Below, piece by piece: positions 9,428 through 17,840 of a DNA stretch of 48,263 nucleotides (position 1 is the stretch's first letter; every line of letters begins with the position of its first letter). The stretch is taken from positions 1-48,263 of the IMG/VR virus record IMGVR_UViG_2534681708_000006. The stretch is one strand, 5' to 3'. Made by a program: the position numbers and the translations under genes. Source of the stretch: a virus (taxonomy: Duplodnaviria > Heunggongvirae > Uroviricota > Caudoviricetes). The notes under the pieces are model-generated. The model ran no database searches, was not told the DNA's origin, and saw only the letters and a program-made list of their open reading frames with translations.

Positions 9428-10447
9428 ATGGCCGCATTACCATACATGCAACTGTACATAGCTGATTACCTGGCTGACACCATGCATTTGTCAGCAGAGG
9501 AGCACGGTGCGTATTTGTTGCTGATGTTCAATTACTGGCAAACAGGAAAGCCAATACCCAAAAACAGGCTGGCAAAAATTTCCCGTCTGACTAACGAGCG
9601 ATGGGCTGATGTGGAACCATCCTTGCGGGAGTTTTTTTGCGATAACGGCGATGAATGGGTGCATCTTCGGATTGAGGAAGATCTGGCATCAGTCAGGGAA
9701 AAATTAACCAAAAAATCAGCCGCCGGAAAAGCATCTGTTCAAGCCAGAAGAAGCAGAAAGGAAGCAGATATTCAAAAAAAACAAGAGAGAGATTTAACAG
9801 GTGTTCAAACAAATGTTGGTGTGGTGTTTGAACATGACGCAAACACAAAAGCAACTAATAAAGATACAGATACAGATCTAAAAGAATTAAACCCCACACA
9901 TAGCGCGCGCGTGCGCGAGAGTGCTCCGACCAGTGAGTCGAATGGTTTGCCGTTGCAGGCAGCGGAACCTGATTACCTGGAAGGCCTGAGCGAACCTATC
10001 GGAAAATTTCCGATGACCGACGGCTGGAATCCGTCGCCGGATTTCCGACGACGGGCTGCACTGTGGGGAGCGGCTCCGCCAGAGCCGGAATTTACACCTG
10101 CTGAACTTGCCGCCTTCCGGGACTACTGGGCAGCGGAGGGGAAAGTTTTCACGCAGGTTCAGTGGGAACAGAAATTCGCCCGTCACGTAAATCACGTCAG
10201 GGCGCAGGTTAAACCAGTCAGCAAGGGGGTGAACCATGCAGCAAAGCCAGGTGGCACTGCATCACGGGCAGTTCAGGAAATTCGGGCAGCACGTGAGCAG
10301 TGGGAACGTGAAAATGGATTTATCCGCGACGGAAACGGCGTGGAAACTGTGGGAACTCATGGGGGAGGTTTATTCGAACCGCTGGACCCAGAAGAACGGG
10401 GCCGCACCTTCGAAGCTCTGGATTGCACAGATTGGCGCGATGACTGA
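9428..10447 (+). CDS. YdaU-like DUF1376-type replication-associated protein
   Basis: N-terminus MAALPYMQLYIADYLADTMHLSAEEHGAYLLLMFNYWQTGK; start at internal ATG of ORF 9377..10447; 3-prime 211 nt overlap the next ORF. Confidence 0.55.
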   Translation: MAALPYMQLYIADYLADTMHLSAEEHGAYLLLMFNYWQTGKPIPKNRLAKISRLTNERWADVEPSLREFFCDNGDEWVHLRIEEDLASVREKLTKKSAAGKASVQARRSRKEADIQKKQERDLTGVQTNVGVVFEHDANTKATNKDTDTDLKELNPTHSARVRESAPTSESNGLPLQAAEPDYLEGLSEPIGKFPMTDGWNPSPDFRRRAALWGAAPPEPEFTPAELAAFRDYWAAEGKVFTQVQWEQKFARHVNHVRAQVKPVSKGVNHAAKPGGTASRAVQEIRAAREQWERENGFIRDGNGVETVGTHGGGLFEPLDPEERGRTFEALDCTDWRDD

Positions 10448-10901
10448 GCAGCAAATCCGTCAGGTCTGCCGCCAGTGCATGGACCGCTGCCGGACGGGTG
10501 AAACATGGCCTCCGGACCTGGCTGAGTTTGTGGCGCTGATTTCGGAGAGTGGGGCAAATCCATTTGGTCTGACGGTGGATGCTGTGATGGAGGAGTACCG
10601 CCGCTGGCGCAATGAGTCCTGGCGATACGACGGAAGTGATAAGTACCCGTGGTCTCAGCCTGTGCTGTATCACATTTGCCTCGAGATGCGTTCAAAGGGG
10701 ATTGAGCGCCAGATGACCGAAGGGGAGTTAAAACGGCTTGCAGAACGGCAACTGACGAAATGGGCAAAGCATGTTGGTAATGGCCTGAGCGTTCCGCCAG
10801 TCCGGCGACAACTGGCGGCACCCAAACGCCCGTCGGGGGCAACGCCAATTGAGTTGCTGAAACAGGAATATGAACGCCGGAAAGCGGCTGGTTTTGTTTG
10901 A
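10236..10901 (+). CDS. Replication protein P-like (putative helicase loader)
   Basis: 221 aa; ATG preceded by AGGGGG; segments MTEQQIRQ...[10 protein letters not shown] and C-terminus resemble recalled lambda P. Alternative starts 10314/10359/10440. Confidence 0.45.
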   Translation: MQQSQVALHHGQFRKFGQHVSSGNVKMDLSATETAWKLWELMGEVYSNRWTQKNGAAPSKLWIAQIGAMTEQQIRQVCRQCMDRCRTGETWPPDLAEFVALISESGANPFGLTVDAVMEEYRRWRNESWRYDGSDKYPWSQPVLYHICLEMRSKGIERQMTEGELKRLAERQLTKWAKHVGNGLSVPPVRRQLAAPKRPSGATPIELLKQEYERRKAAGFV

Positions 10902-10935
10902 GTTGAGAAGTGATTTTTACCGGGAGGAAATTTTA

Positions 10936-11697
10936 ATGGAGACTGTTTTTGACGCACTGAAAGCAATGGGGAAAGCCACGTCGGTAGAACTGGCTGCGCG
11001 ACTTGATATCAGTCGTGAAGAAGTGCTGAACGAGCTGTGGGAACTGAAAAAGGCTGGTTTCGTTGATAAAAGCGTATACACCTGGCGTGTGGCTGATAAC
11101 AACGTTCAGCAGGAACAGACCGCACCGACAGAACAGCCGGAAGAAACCACCACGGCAACAGTCGCGAAAATTTCGGAGAGCGATTTAACTGCGACGATTG
11201 AACAACGTGGCCCACAAACGGCGGATGAACTGGCTACATTGTTCGGTACCACATCACGCAAAGTGGCTTCAACGCTGGCTATGGCAATCAGCAAAGGACG
11301 CCTGATTCGCGTAAATCAGAACGGTAAATTTCGTTACTGCATACCGGGCGATAATTTACCAGCAGAGCCGAAAGTTGTATCGGTAGTGAAAACACCTGGT
11401 AAAGCCTTTCCTCAGCGAGCCGGTGTTGCGTTACCAGTACAGGAAGCGGCAACACAGGAAGATATTAAAACAGAAACTATGGCGGACATTGTGCAGTCGC
11501 TGCCATCGTTTACCGAAACGCGGGCGGATGGCCTGATTTTACTATCGCTGCACATGGCTAACCGTGAGCTGCGCCGGGCGAAAAGTCATGTCCAGAAGTG
11601 GGAGCGAGTCTGCGCCGCGCTGCGGGAGCTGAACAAGCACCGGGATATTGTCCGACAGATTGTCGATTCCTCCAGTCGTATTGTGTCGGAAAAGTGA
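10936..11697 (+). CDS. Hypothetical protein with N-terminal winged-helix-like segment
   Basis: Start METVF... with GGGAGG RBS inside ORF 10870..11697. Confidence 0.5.
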   Translation: METVFDALKAMGKATSVELAARLDISREEVLNELWELKKAGFVDKSVYTWRVADNNVQQEQTAPTEQPEETTTATVAKISESDLTATIEQRGPQTADELATLFGTTSRKVASTLAMAISKGRLIRVNQNGKFRYCIPGDNLPAEPKVVSVVKTPGKAFPQRAGVALPVQEAATQEDIKTETMADIVQSLPSFTETRADGLILLSLHMANRELRRAKSHVQKWERVCAALRELNKHRDIVRQIVDSSSRIVSEK

Positions 11698-11713
11698 TTC
11701 CAGGGGAGGGCTT

Positions 11714-12136
11714 ATGGCAAAAGTATCTACACAGGAAGAGCGAGAAAAAATTAAAGGGCAGGTTGTTGAACTCGTACGCCAGAGTGGGCGTGAGACGTTA
11801 CGACAACTGGAAGCGAAAACAGGTGCGACAAGATATCTGATGAGCGTTCTCGCCAGAGAGCTGGTTGCCAGTGGCGATGTATACAACTCTGGTTACGGGT
11901 TATTTCCGTCTGAACAGGCGCGTAAGGACTGGCAAAACGCCCGCAAAAAACTCTCAAGGGCAAAGGTGAAGAAAACGGCTGTGGTTGATCCGGACCTCAT
12001 CAGGTCATTACCAGACGGAGAAATACGCCGCTACGACAGGAGCCAGAACATAATCTGTCGCGAGTGCCGGAAAAGCGAAGTTATGCAGCGTGTACTGGCG
12101 TTTTATCGGGGAAACTTTCAGGAGGTGCTGTTTTGA
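11714..12136 (+). CDS. Hypothetical protein (140 aa) with C-terminal CxxC
   Basis: Start MAKVSTQ... with GGGGAGGG RBS inside ORF 11648..12136. Confidence 0.5.
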   Translation: MAKVSTQEEREKIKGQVVELVRQSGRETLRQLEAKTGATRYLMSVLARELVASGDVYNSGYGLFPSEQARKDWQNARKKLSRAKVKKTAVVDPDLIRSLPDGEIRRYDRSQNIICRECRKSEVMQRVLAFYRGNFQEVLF

Positions 12137-12296
12137 GCCAAATTAATAATCGGAACTTCGTGAAGTGAAAGAGAAAGCATAATCCAAATCTGAATAATTA
12201 AATTCAGCACTGTGAATAAAATAGAGTCCTTAACCTGAGGGATTTCTGCACCCTCAGAACAGCAGGAGGCCGCCCGAAAGGGCGGTGGAGATAATA

Positions 12297-12818
12297 ATGG
12301 AAATAACTAAAGAACGATTATTGGAAATAGCAAATCTTAGTGATAGGGCATTAAGTGATGGGAGAATTATTTCTCCTGATGCTTATGAATCAGTTACAAG
12401 TATAGAAATAATAACGATGGCTAGAATGCTTCTTGCGCGCTTCAAAGAAGAATATAAAAAACAGGTAGATAGCAATGCTAATATATATGATACTTTGGAC
12501 AGTTGGGGAGCCTGGGCTGTAGCTGGAAATAGTTCTATTGATTGGCAGGAAATAGCTGATAAATATAAAAATGTTGTCCCTCATGGTAAAAAATCACGTC
12601 GTCAGTGCAGCAATGATGAAGGGCGAGTTATTGACATTAGTATCCTTAGGTTAGAAAGATATAAGCAACAAGAATATGAGTTAATTGTTGCTCATTTCGT
12701 GATTGGTTTATCTCTTCGTGCTATTGCAAAACAACAAGGATGTTCAGATGGAACAATTCGTAAAAGATTGCAAAAAGCCTTAGGTTTTTTGACTGGATAT
12801 ATAGCAATTACCAGTTAA
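12297..12818 (+). CDS. Q-family antiterminator-like protein (second paralog) with C-terminal sigma-region-4-like HTH
   Basis: 173 aa; WGAW motif and C-terminal LSLRAIAKQQGCSDGTIRKRLQKALGFL resemble my recollection of the 933W/phage-82 Q family; RBS GGTGGAG; stop shares the TTAA tetranucleotide with the convergent gene. Confidence 0.4.
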   Translation: MEITKERLLEIANLSDRALSDGRIISPDAYESVTSIEIITMARMLLARFKEEYKKQVDSNANIYDTLDSWGAWAVAGNSSIDWQEIADKYKNVVPHGKKSRRQCSNDEGRVIDISILRLERYKQQEYELIVAHFVIGLSLRAIAKQQGCSDGTIRKRLQKALGFLTGYIAITS

Positions 12819-13456
12819 GAGTCAGCGGGTTTTTTACCAGTGTAATGGTATAAGGATACTCCCATGTGTCTTACATGATATGGAAGTGCTGTTGCTGGAT
12901 GCTTTGTGATACTCTTAAAGCGGAGGGGAGAGCCTTCCGCTTCAATTTCTGCGTCCGAAACGGTCGTAGAGAAAAATTCTTTCCATTCATTGAATTTTAC
13001 TGCTGATTTGTCAGACTTTATATAAATTAGAATTCCTCCATGATCGTCACGTGACGTACCCGTGCCGTAACGTTCGGTTAGCTGAATCCAGCCATTATGA
13101 ATAGATTTTGGGCCTCTCCATAATTTTGCTTCACCGATCCATTCGAATTTTCCGAATTGATGTTTAACTAATAAATCAACGTGACCGCCATGTTGAGTAT
13201 CATGTTCAACATCATAAAACCTACCTTTCAGGAAATTTTTGATCGACGCTGTTAGCTCGTCCTCTCCCCACTTAGCATCTTGATAGAAGTGTTTGTCATT
13301 TTCTAAATTCTGAATAGCGTCGTCTAAATCTTCATAGAGTTGCTTTACAAAAATATTTTTGTCTGCAGCTAATTTTCTTTGAACCATTCCCCTAAATTCA
13401 GGATCCATTCTAATTAATGATTGAAGGTCTGCAGTACAGATGTTTACATCACTCAT
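12815..13456 (-). CDS. Uncharacterised protein with PD-(D/E)xK-like motif (operon gene 3)
   Basis: 213 aa from ATG with GGAGAG RBS; segment GHVDLLVKHQFGKFEWIGEAK fits the D...ExK nuclease core; overlaps gene 2 by 8 nt. Confidence 0.5.
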   Translation of the reverse strand: MSDVNICTADLQSLIRMDPEFRGMVQRKLAADKNIFVKQLYEDLDDAIQNLENDKHFYQDAKWGEDELTASIKNFLKGRFYDVEHDTQHGGHVDLLVKHQFGKFEWIGEAKLWRGPKSIHNGWIQLTERYGTGTSRDDHGGILIYIKSDKSAVKFNEWKEFFSTTVSDAEIEAEGSPLRFKSITKHPATALPYHVRHMGVSLYHYTGKKPADS

Positions 13457-13877
13457 GCAGACTCTCCAAAAGACTCGAAGGAGTAAAGTATGGATAAAGA
13501 TACTGGCTAAAATTATCAACCAATTCGCCAGTTTCTGGATGGTAAAAACTTCCTGTGTCTAAAGCATAGGAAATAAGATCATCTTCAACTGGTATTGGTT
13601 CTTCCGTTAAATTATCAATGTATTGAAAATGCATATCCAATAGGTGTGCTTTATAGCTAGATAAATAATCAGTTGCTTTTATTAGCAGGATATAGTCATC
13701 TTTCGTATCAGTTAGATAGGTCAAACCATTGATAAGGGTTTTGTATGTAAAGTGATTGATATTTTTAGCATCTTTACTAACCAGAAAAAGAAAAAGATCA
13801 CGACACACACTGCGAACAGGATCATTAAAATCCTGCTCTATTTGCGTGATAATGTCGTGATATATACTCTTTTTCAT
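13449..13877 (-). CDS. Uncharacterised small acidic protein (operon gene 2)
   Basis: 142 aa; ATG overlaps the stop of gene 1 (ATGA). Confidence 0.5.
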   Translation of the reverse strand: MKKSIYHDIITQIEQDFNDPVRSVCRDLFLFLVSKDAKNINHFTYKTLINGLTYLTDTKDDYILLIKATDYLSSYKAHLLDMHFQYIDNLTEEPIPVEDDLISYALDTGSFYHPETGELVDNFSQYLYPYFTPSSLLESLHE

Positions 13878-14965
13878 TTATGGCCTGATGATCTCGCTCT
13901 TCTTTTCTCTTCACAGGACTTAACAGAATCCAATATTTTTTCAACAATAAATATAATCGAATCAATGTTGTTACAGTTCTTCGCAATTGCTTCATGCAAC
14001 CTAATTCTAGGATTATCAAGCATTGTCCTTTTCCCTGGTAATATTAACTCTACTGATAAAATATGTGAAGAACTTTGTGGTAAATCCCAAATTTTTCCCA
14101 ACTTAAACTTTGTCAATATTGGGCTTGCGGACTCTCCACTATGATGGTAAACATCTTGACGCAAACACTTTTGACTTGGTTTGAGTTTTAAAGAACTTGT
14201 ATTGCCATCTGAGGTGATAAAAGATACATGAGAAATTCTGCCATCTACTTTTTCGTAAAGATCTTGTATTGAACCAAATAACTCAAGGGGATTGTTTAAA
14301 ATAACGCCAGCTTCTTTTTTTATAAATTTAGCCACAAGGTATTGTTGAGGCTGTGATTCACTTCTTGGAAGGATAGATAAATCAATCGTAAGAATTAATA
14401 TTTTTTCTGCAGGCATTAGCATGATGGTATTAAAGCATTGCGTGACTTGGCGTGTTTTGCATTTTATTTCTCCACCATTAGCACGTAATTCCATACCCGC
14501 ATCGCTAAGATGTGTTGGGTCAAGCTCTATCACTTCAGTGTAATACGCTTTGGATAAAAAAACAGCAGTGTCAATTTGTTTATCACGAATGATATCTTGA
14601 CGTAGTTCAGCAAAATGCAGCTCAGTATCAGCAACTAACAGCTCCTCTCTGGATAAAGGAGTTGGGTATTTTTCTGAGAAGGGGCTATTGTCCTTTTTCT
14701 GATTTGTGAAAATTGTTTGTAATTTTGCTACGTCTTCATCGGTGATTCTATAAATAGAAAGTAATCGATTCCCGCTAAAAATTAAACCTTTCCAGAAATC
14801 GTCGATTCTATCTTTTAGGTCGGGATTATGCTGAACTACACTATTTACACGTTCAATAAAAAGGGGTAATCCTTGGGCCGTTACACCCAGTGATGAACCA
14901 AGAAGCTTACGGGTGTTGCGCCAGCCAAAGCGTGAATTGATGTTTTTTACTGTTTGCTCAAGCAT
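13874..14965 (-). CDS. Uncharacterised protein (operon gene 1, 363 aa)
   Basis: ORF 13874..14971; start taken at ATG 14965 preceded by AAGGAAG; no Walker or other named motif found. Confidence 0.5.
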   Translation of the reverse strand: MLEQTVKNINSRFGWRNTRKLLGSSLGVTAQGLPLFIERVNSVVQHNPDLKDRIDDFWKGLIFSGNRLLSIYRITDEDVAKLQTIFTNQKKDNSPFSEKYPTPLSREELLVADTELHFAELRQDIIRDKQIDTAVFLSKAYYTEVIELDPTHLSDAGMELRANGGEIKCKTRQVTQCFNTIMLMPAEKILILTIDLSILPRSESQPQQYLVAKFIKKEAGVILNNPLELFGSIQDLYEKVDGRISHVSFITSDGNTSSLKLKPSQKCLRQDVYHHSGESASPILTKFKLGKIWDLPQSSSHILSVELILPGKRTMLDNPRIRLHEAIAKNCNNIDSIIFIVEKILDSVKSCEEKRRARSSGHK

Positions 14966-15252
14966 TAACACTTCCTTAATTTTTCCTTAACAATTTAGGG
15001 TGCTAAACTTCTTTGCGCAGTTTACACAAAAAAATAGTGCGTACGCAAAAACTATCTAACATGATGAGCTTTAACCGGGAAATTTGTATATGTTGTGAGC
15101 ATAAAGTTGGCTGAGAAATCTAAAACGGGTCGAATGACTACGGGTGCTTGAGGCTATCTGCCTCGGGCATGCCACCAAAGGCCGATAGAGAAAAGTCCCA
15201 GTTAACATTACGCGTCCTGCAAGACGCTTAACATTAATCTGAGGATATATCT

Positions 15253-15312
15253 ATGACTTGCACCTATAGGTTACCTCTTACGTGCCGAAAGGCAAGGAGA
15301 AGCGGGCTATGA
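15253..15312 (+). CDS. mok-like leader ORF (19 codons) translationally coupled to hok
   Basis: ATG with GAGGA RBS; its TGA stop overlaps the hok ATG (ATGA). Confidence 0.3.
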   Translation: MTCTYRLPLTCRKARRSGL

Positions 15313-15464
15313 AGCAGCAAAAGGCGATGTTACTCGCTCTAATCGTCATCTGTTTAACCGTCATAGTGACGGTACTGGTAACGTGGAAAGACCTCTGCGA
15401 GGTGCGAATCCGAACCGGTCAGACGGAGATCGCTGTCTTCACAGTTTACGAACCTGAGGAGTAA
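15309..15464 (+). CDS. hok: Hok/Gef-family type I toxin (small membrane host-killing peptide)
   Basis: 51-aa translation MKQQKAMLLALIVICLTVIVTVLVTWKDLCEVRIRTGQTEIAVFTVYEPEE, near-identical to my recollection of HokD/HokC; AAGGAG RBS. Confidence 0.85.
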   Translation: MKQQKAMLLALIVICLTVIVTVLVTWKDLCEVRIRTGQTEIAVFTVYEPEE

Positions 15465-15740
15465 GAGACCCGGCGGGGAGAAATCCCCGTCACCTCTGAT
15501 GTGTCAGGCATCCTCAATGCACCCGATTTTGCCCCTCTCGATATTTTGTTTTTAATTAATAAATATTATTAAACAGAATGTACAATGTCATAATGTTCTC
15601 ATTGTTGTTTTTTATATCACGCGCAGTTTACCTTGTATTCTTAATTTATATGTTTTATATATTGTTGTGTTTTCTTGGTTATTGCCTCATGTGAAATATT
15701 AATTAGAATCCTTTGGGCTTGATTTGCGCGCAGGGAGAAG

Positions 15741-15965
15741 ATGGATGGCCCCCGTAAAGGGGAACGCTATTTACCTGGAAGGATTCTAATGAAGAGTTTT
15801 GATAAATTGCGTGAAGCTTTGAGTGAAAATGGACTCTATGCGGTGCGTATCGAAAATGGAGAAATAATTTACACAACTGTAATCCCGGAAGATCATATAA
15901 TTTTATCTGTTGAAGCTTTTATCGAATACATTGAAAGGATTGGTTTTAAGGTCATACGGGATTGA
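15741..15965 (+). CDS. Small hypothetical protein (74 aa, or 58 aa from ATG 15789)
   Basis: Two candidate starts each with an RBS; a TTGCCT-N16-TAGAAT promoter-like sequence lies about 40 nt upstream; function unknown. Confidence 0.4.
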   Translation: MDGPRKGERYLPGRILMKSFDKLREALSENGLYAVRIENGEIIYTTVIPEDHIILSVEAFIEYIERIGFKVIRD

Positions 15966-16024
15966 GTTATAATCTATAAGCCAGCCTGAACAACTGGCAA
16001 CCTACAGCGCCATTGGAGAATGCA

Positions 16025-16624
16025 ATGGCGCATATACAACTGGTCAAACAAACATCTTCTGGATTACTTCTCCCGGCGACACCGGAGAGTTGTGATTTCC
16101 TGCATCAAATAAAGATAGGTGAGTGGATACACGCTGATTTTAAGCGCGTTCGTAACTACGCATTTCACAAGCGTTTTTTCAAACTCCTGCAACTCGGATT
16201 TGATTACTGGACTCCGGTCGGTGGGGCGATCACGTCCCGCGAACGAAAACTGGTGTCCGGTTTCGTTGATTATCTGTGTGACTCAGTCGGCAGGGAACAT
16301 ACGCCAGCCCTGAGTGATGCCGCAGAACAATATCTGAATACCATTGCGATACACAGAACCTGCGATACGGCATTGCTAAAGTCATTTGATGCTTTCCGTG
16401 AATGGGTAACTATTGAGGCCGGATTTTACACCGAGCATTTTTATCCGGACGGTAACCGCGGGCGCAGAGCGAAATCCATCGCTTTTGCGAACATGGACGA
16501 TACCGAGTTTCAGCAGGTTTATAAATCCGTACTGAATGTGCTTTGGAACTGGATTCTGTTCCGAAAATTTTCCTCTCCTAAGGAAGTAGAAAATGTGGCC
16601 GCACAGCTACTGGAGTTTGCGTAA
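16025..16624 (+). CDS. nin-region phage protein (DUF1367-like by recollection)
   Basis: 199 aa from ATG with GGAGA RBS; stop overlaps next gene start (TAATG). Confidence 0.45.
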   Translation: MAHIQLVKQTSSGLLLPATPESCDFLHQIKIGEWIHADFKRVRNYAFHKRFFKLLQLGFDYWTPVGGAITSRERKLVSGFVDYLCDSVGREHTPALSDAAEQYLNTIAIHRTCDTALLKSFDAFREWVTIEAGFYTEHFYPDGNRGRRAKSIAFANMDDTEFQQVYKSVLNVLWNWILFRKFSSPKEVENVAAQLLEFA

Positions 16625-16914
16625 TGGTGGACTTACGTAAAGCGGCGCGGGGGCAGATGTGCACCGTCAGAATTCCTGGCTACTGCAATCACGATCCGGA
16701 AACGTCTGTGCTGGCGCATTACCGACTGGCGGGAACGTGCGGAACAGCGATAAAGCCACACGATATGCAGGCAGCGATTGCTTGTAGCTCGTGCCATGAT
16801 TTAATCGACGGGCGGGTAAAAAACAGCGATTACACCAAAGAAGAATTACGCCTGATGCATGCAGAAGGTGTTTTTCGCACACAAGAAATCTGGAGAAAGG
16901 AGGGATATTTATGA
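16624..16914 (+). CDS. YbcO-like DUF1364 protein (Cys/His-rich, putative nuclease)
   Basis: 96 aa; CTVRIPGYC...CSSCHDLIDGR resembles recalled DLP12 YbcO. Confidence 0.55.
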   Translation: MVDLRKAARGQMCTVRIPGYCNHDPETSVLAHYRLAGTCGTAIKPHDMQAAIACSSCHDLIDGRVKNSDYTKEELRLMHAEGVFRTQEIWRKEGYL

Positions 16915-17453
16915 TTTACCCAACGCATACAGGAAAAAGCGGAGAACACCTTCGTCTCAACACGCTGGAAAGTGTCTGGATTCAGGGAAAACTACGTATG
17001 TGGGGGCGCTGGTCGTATATTGGCGGCGGTAGATCAGGGAATATGTTCAATCAGTTGCTGGCGTCAAAAAAGTTGACGAAAACAGCCATCAATGAAGCCC
17101 TGTTTAGAATGAAAAAAGCGGGAATAGAGAAACCTGAACTGGAATCATTTTTGCGAGAAATTATCAATGGCAAGCAAAAGAGCTGGCTGGTGCATTGTAC
17201 TGATGCCGAGGCGCTATGCATTGATCGGGTGATTAGTGAAGTGCTGGCAGATCATCCGGGGTTGATTTGTATCCTCCAGCAGCGGTATGAAGGACGGGGG
17301 ATGACTAAGCGCAAAATGGCTGAATTGCTGAATGATGCACACCCAGAGTGGTGTTTTAGCACATGTGAAAAGCGAATTGCTAATTGGTTGGCTGTTGCTG
17401 AGTATGCGCTATACATTCCCATGCGAGAATCACTTGCTCAAAAAATAGCTTGA
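16911..17453 (+). CDS. Late-gene antitermination protein Q (Q-family) at canonical position
   Basis: 180 aa; AGGAGG RBS; WGRW motif and C-terminal ...CFSTCEKRIANWLAVAE pattern parallel the other Q-like ORF; immediately upstream of a tR-prime-like terminator and the toxin/lysis genes. Confidence 0.55.
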   Translation: MIYPTHTGKSGEHLRLNTLESVWIQGKLRMWGRWSYIGGGRSGNMFNQLLASKKLTKTAINEALFRMKKAGIEKPELESFLREIINGKQKSWLVHCTDAEALCIDRVISEVLADHPGLICILQQRYEGRGMTKRKMAELLNDAHPEWCFSTCEKRIANWLAVAEYALYIPMRESLAQKIA

Positions 17454-17535
17454 TTTTTTACGCACAAACTGCTTCAATTTCGCTACGCTTCGCAAAGCTG
17501 TATCGCGAGGTGAGTCTGCGCAGGAACTTTAATAG

Positions 17536-17562
17536 AACCCGCCTTCGAGCGGGTTTTGTTTT
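17536..17562 (+). terminator. tR-prime-like intrinsic terminator downstream of Q (AACCCGC-loop-GCGGGTT + T-run)
   Basis: GC stem followed by TTTTGTTTT about 85 nt after the Q stop. Confidence 0.55.
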
Positions 17563-17840
17563 ATTCATACGTCCGTAGTATACACTTCTGATTATATTTT
17601 CACATTCTGACTGTTCCTGTTAAATAAAGATTGTATTAATTTTAATATTTTGTTGAATACATGGTGTTTCTTATTTAATTAGCGCGGGATGTGATGGTGG
17701 TATGTTTCTGGTTAATTAAATGAGTAAATAGATGTCAGCTAACCATGGAGGACAGCAACTCTCTGATTGACTTTTAATTATTTCTTAGATTTATTTTGAT
17801 GGAGGCGTTGCTATTATTTTTAAGTAAGAGGTGAAATATT

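Larger units (their letters stand above)
15141..15525 (+). other. Predicted hok-type mRNA with complementary 5-prime and 3-prime ends (fold-back element)
   Basis: CGGGTGCTTGAGG (about 15141..15153) is complementary with one bulge to CCTCAATGCACCCG (about 15512..15525), spanning roughly 390 nt around hok. Confidence 0.4.
12140..15970. other. Visibly AT-rich accessory segment between replication and nin/Q modules (Q-like paralog, three-gene operon, hok locus, small ORF)
   Basis: Base composition by eye differs from flanking prophage genes; contents are non-core. Confidence 0.5.

Noticed and set aside
14100-14140. HEPN-like Rx4H motif (RQDVYHH) in operon gene 1
   Set aside because: Too short and common to support a domain call without profile or structure evidence.
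15190-15270. Tried to delimit a Sok antisense RNA opposite the hok leader
   Set aside because: Could not identify a convincing minus-strand promoter and terminator by eye; left as a prediction in the findings rather than a feature.
17454-17840. Looked for tRNA genes between Q and the toxin genes, as in Stx phages
   Set aside because: No cloverleaf-compatible sequence or T-loop GTTCGAATC-type motif seen by eye; a tRNA scan was not run.
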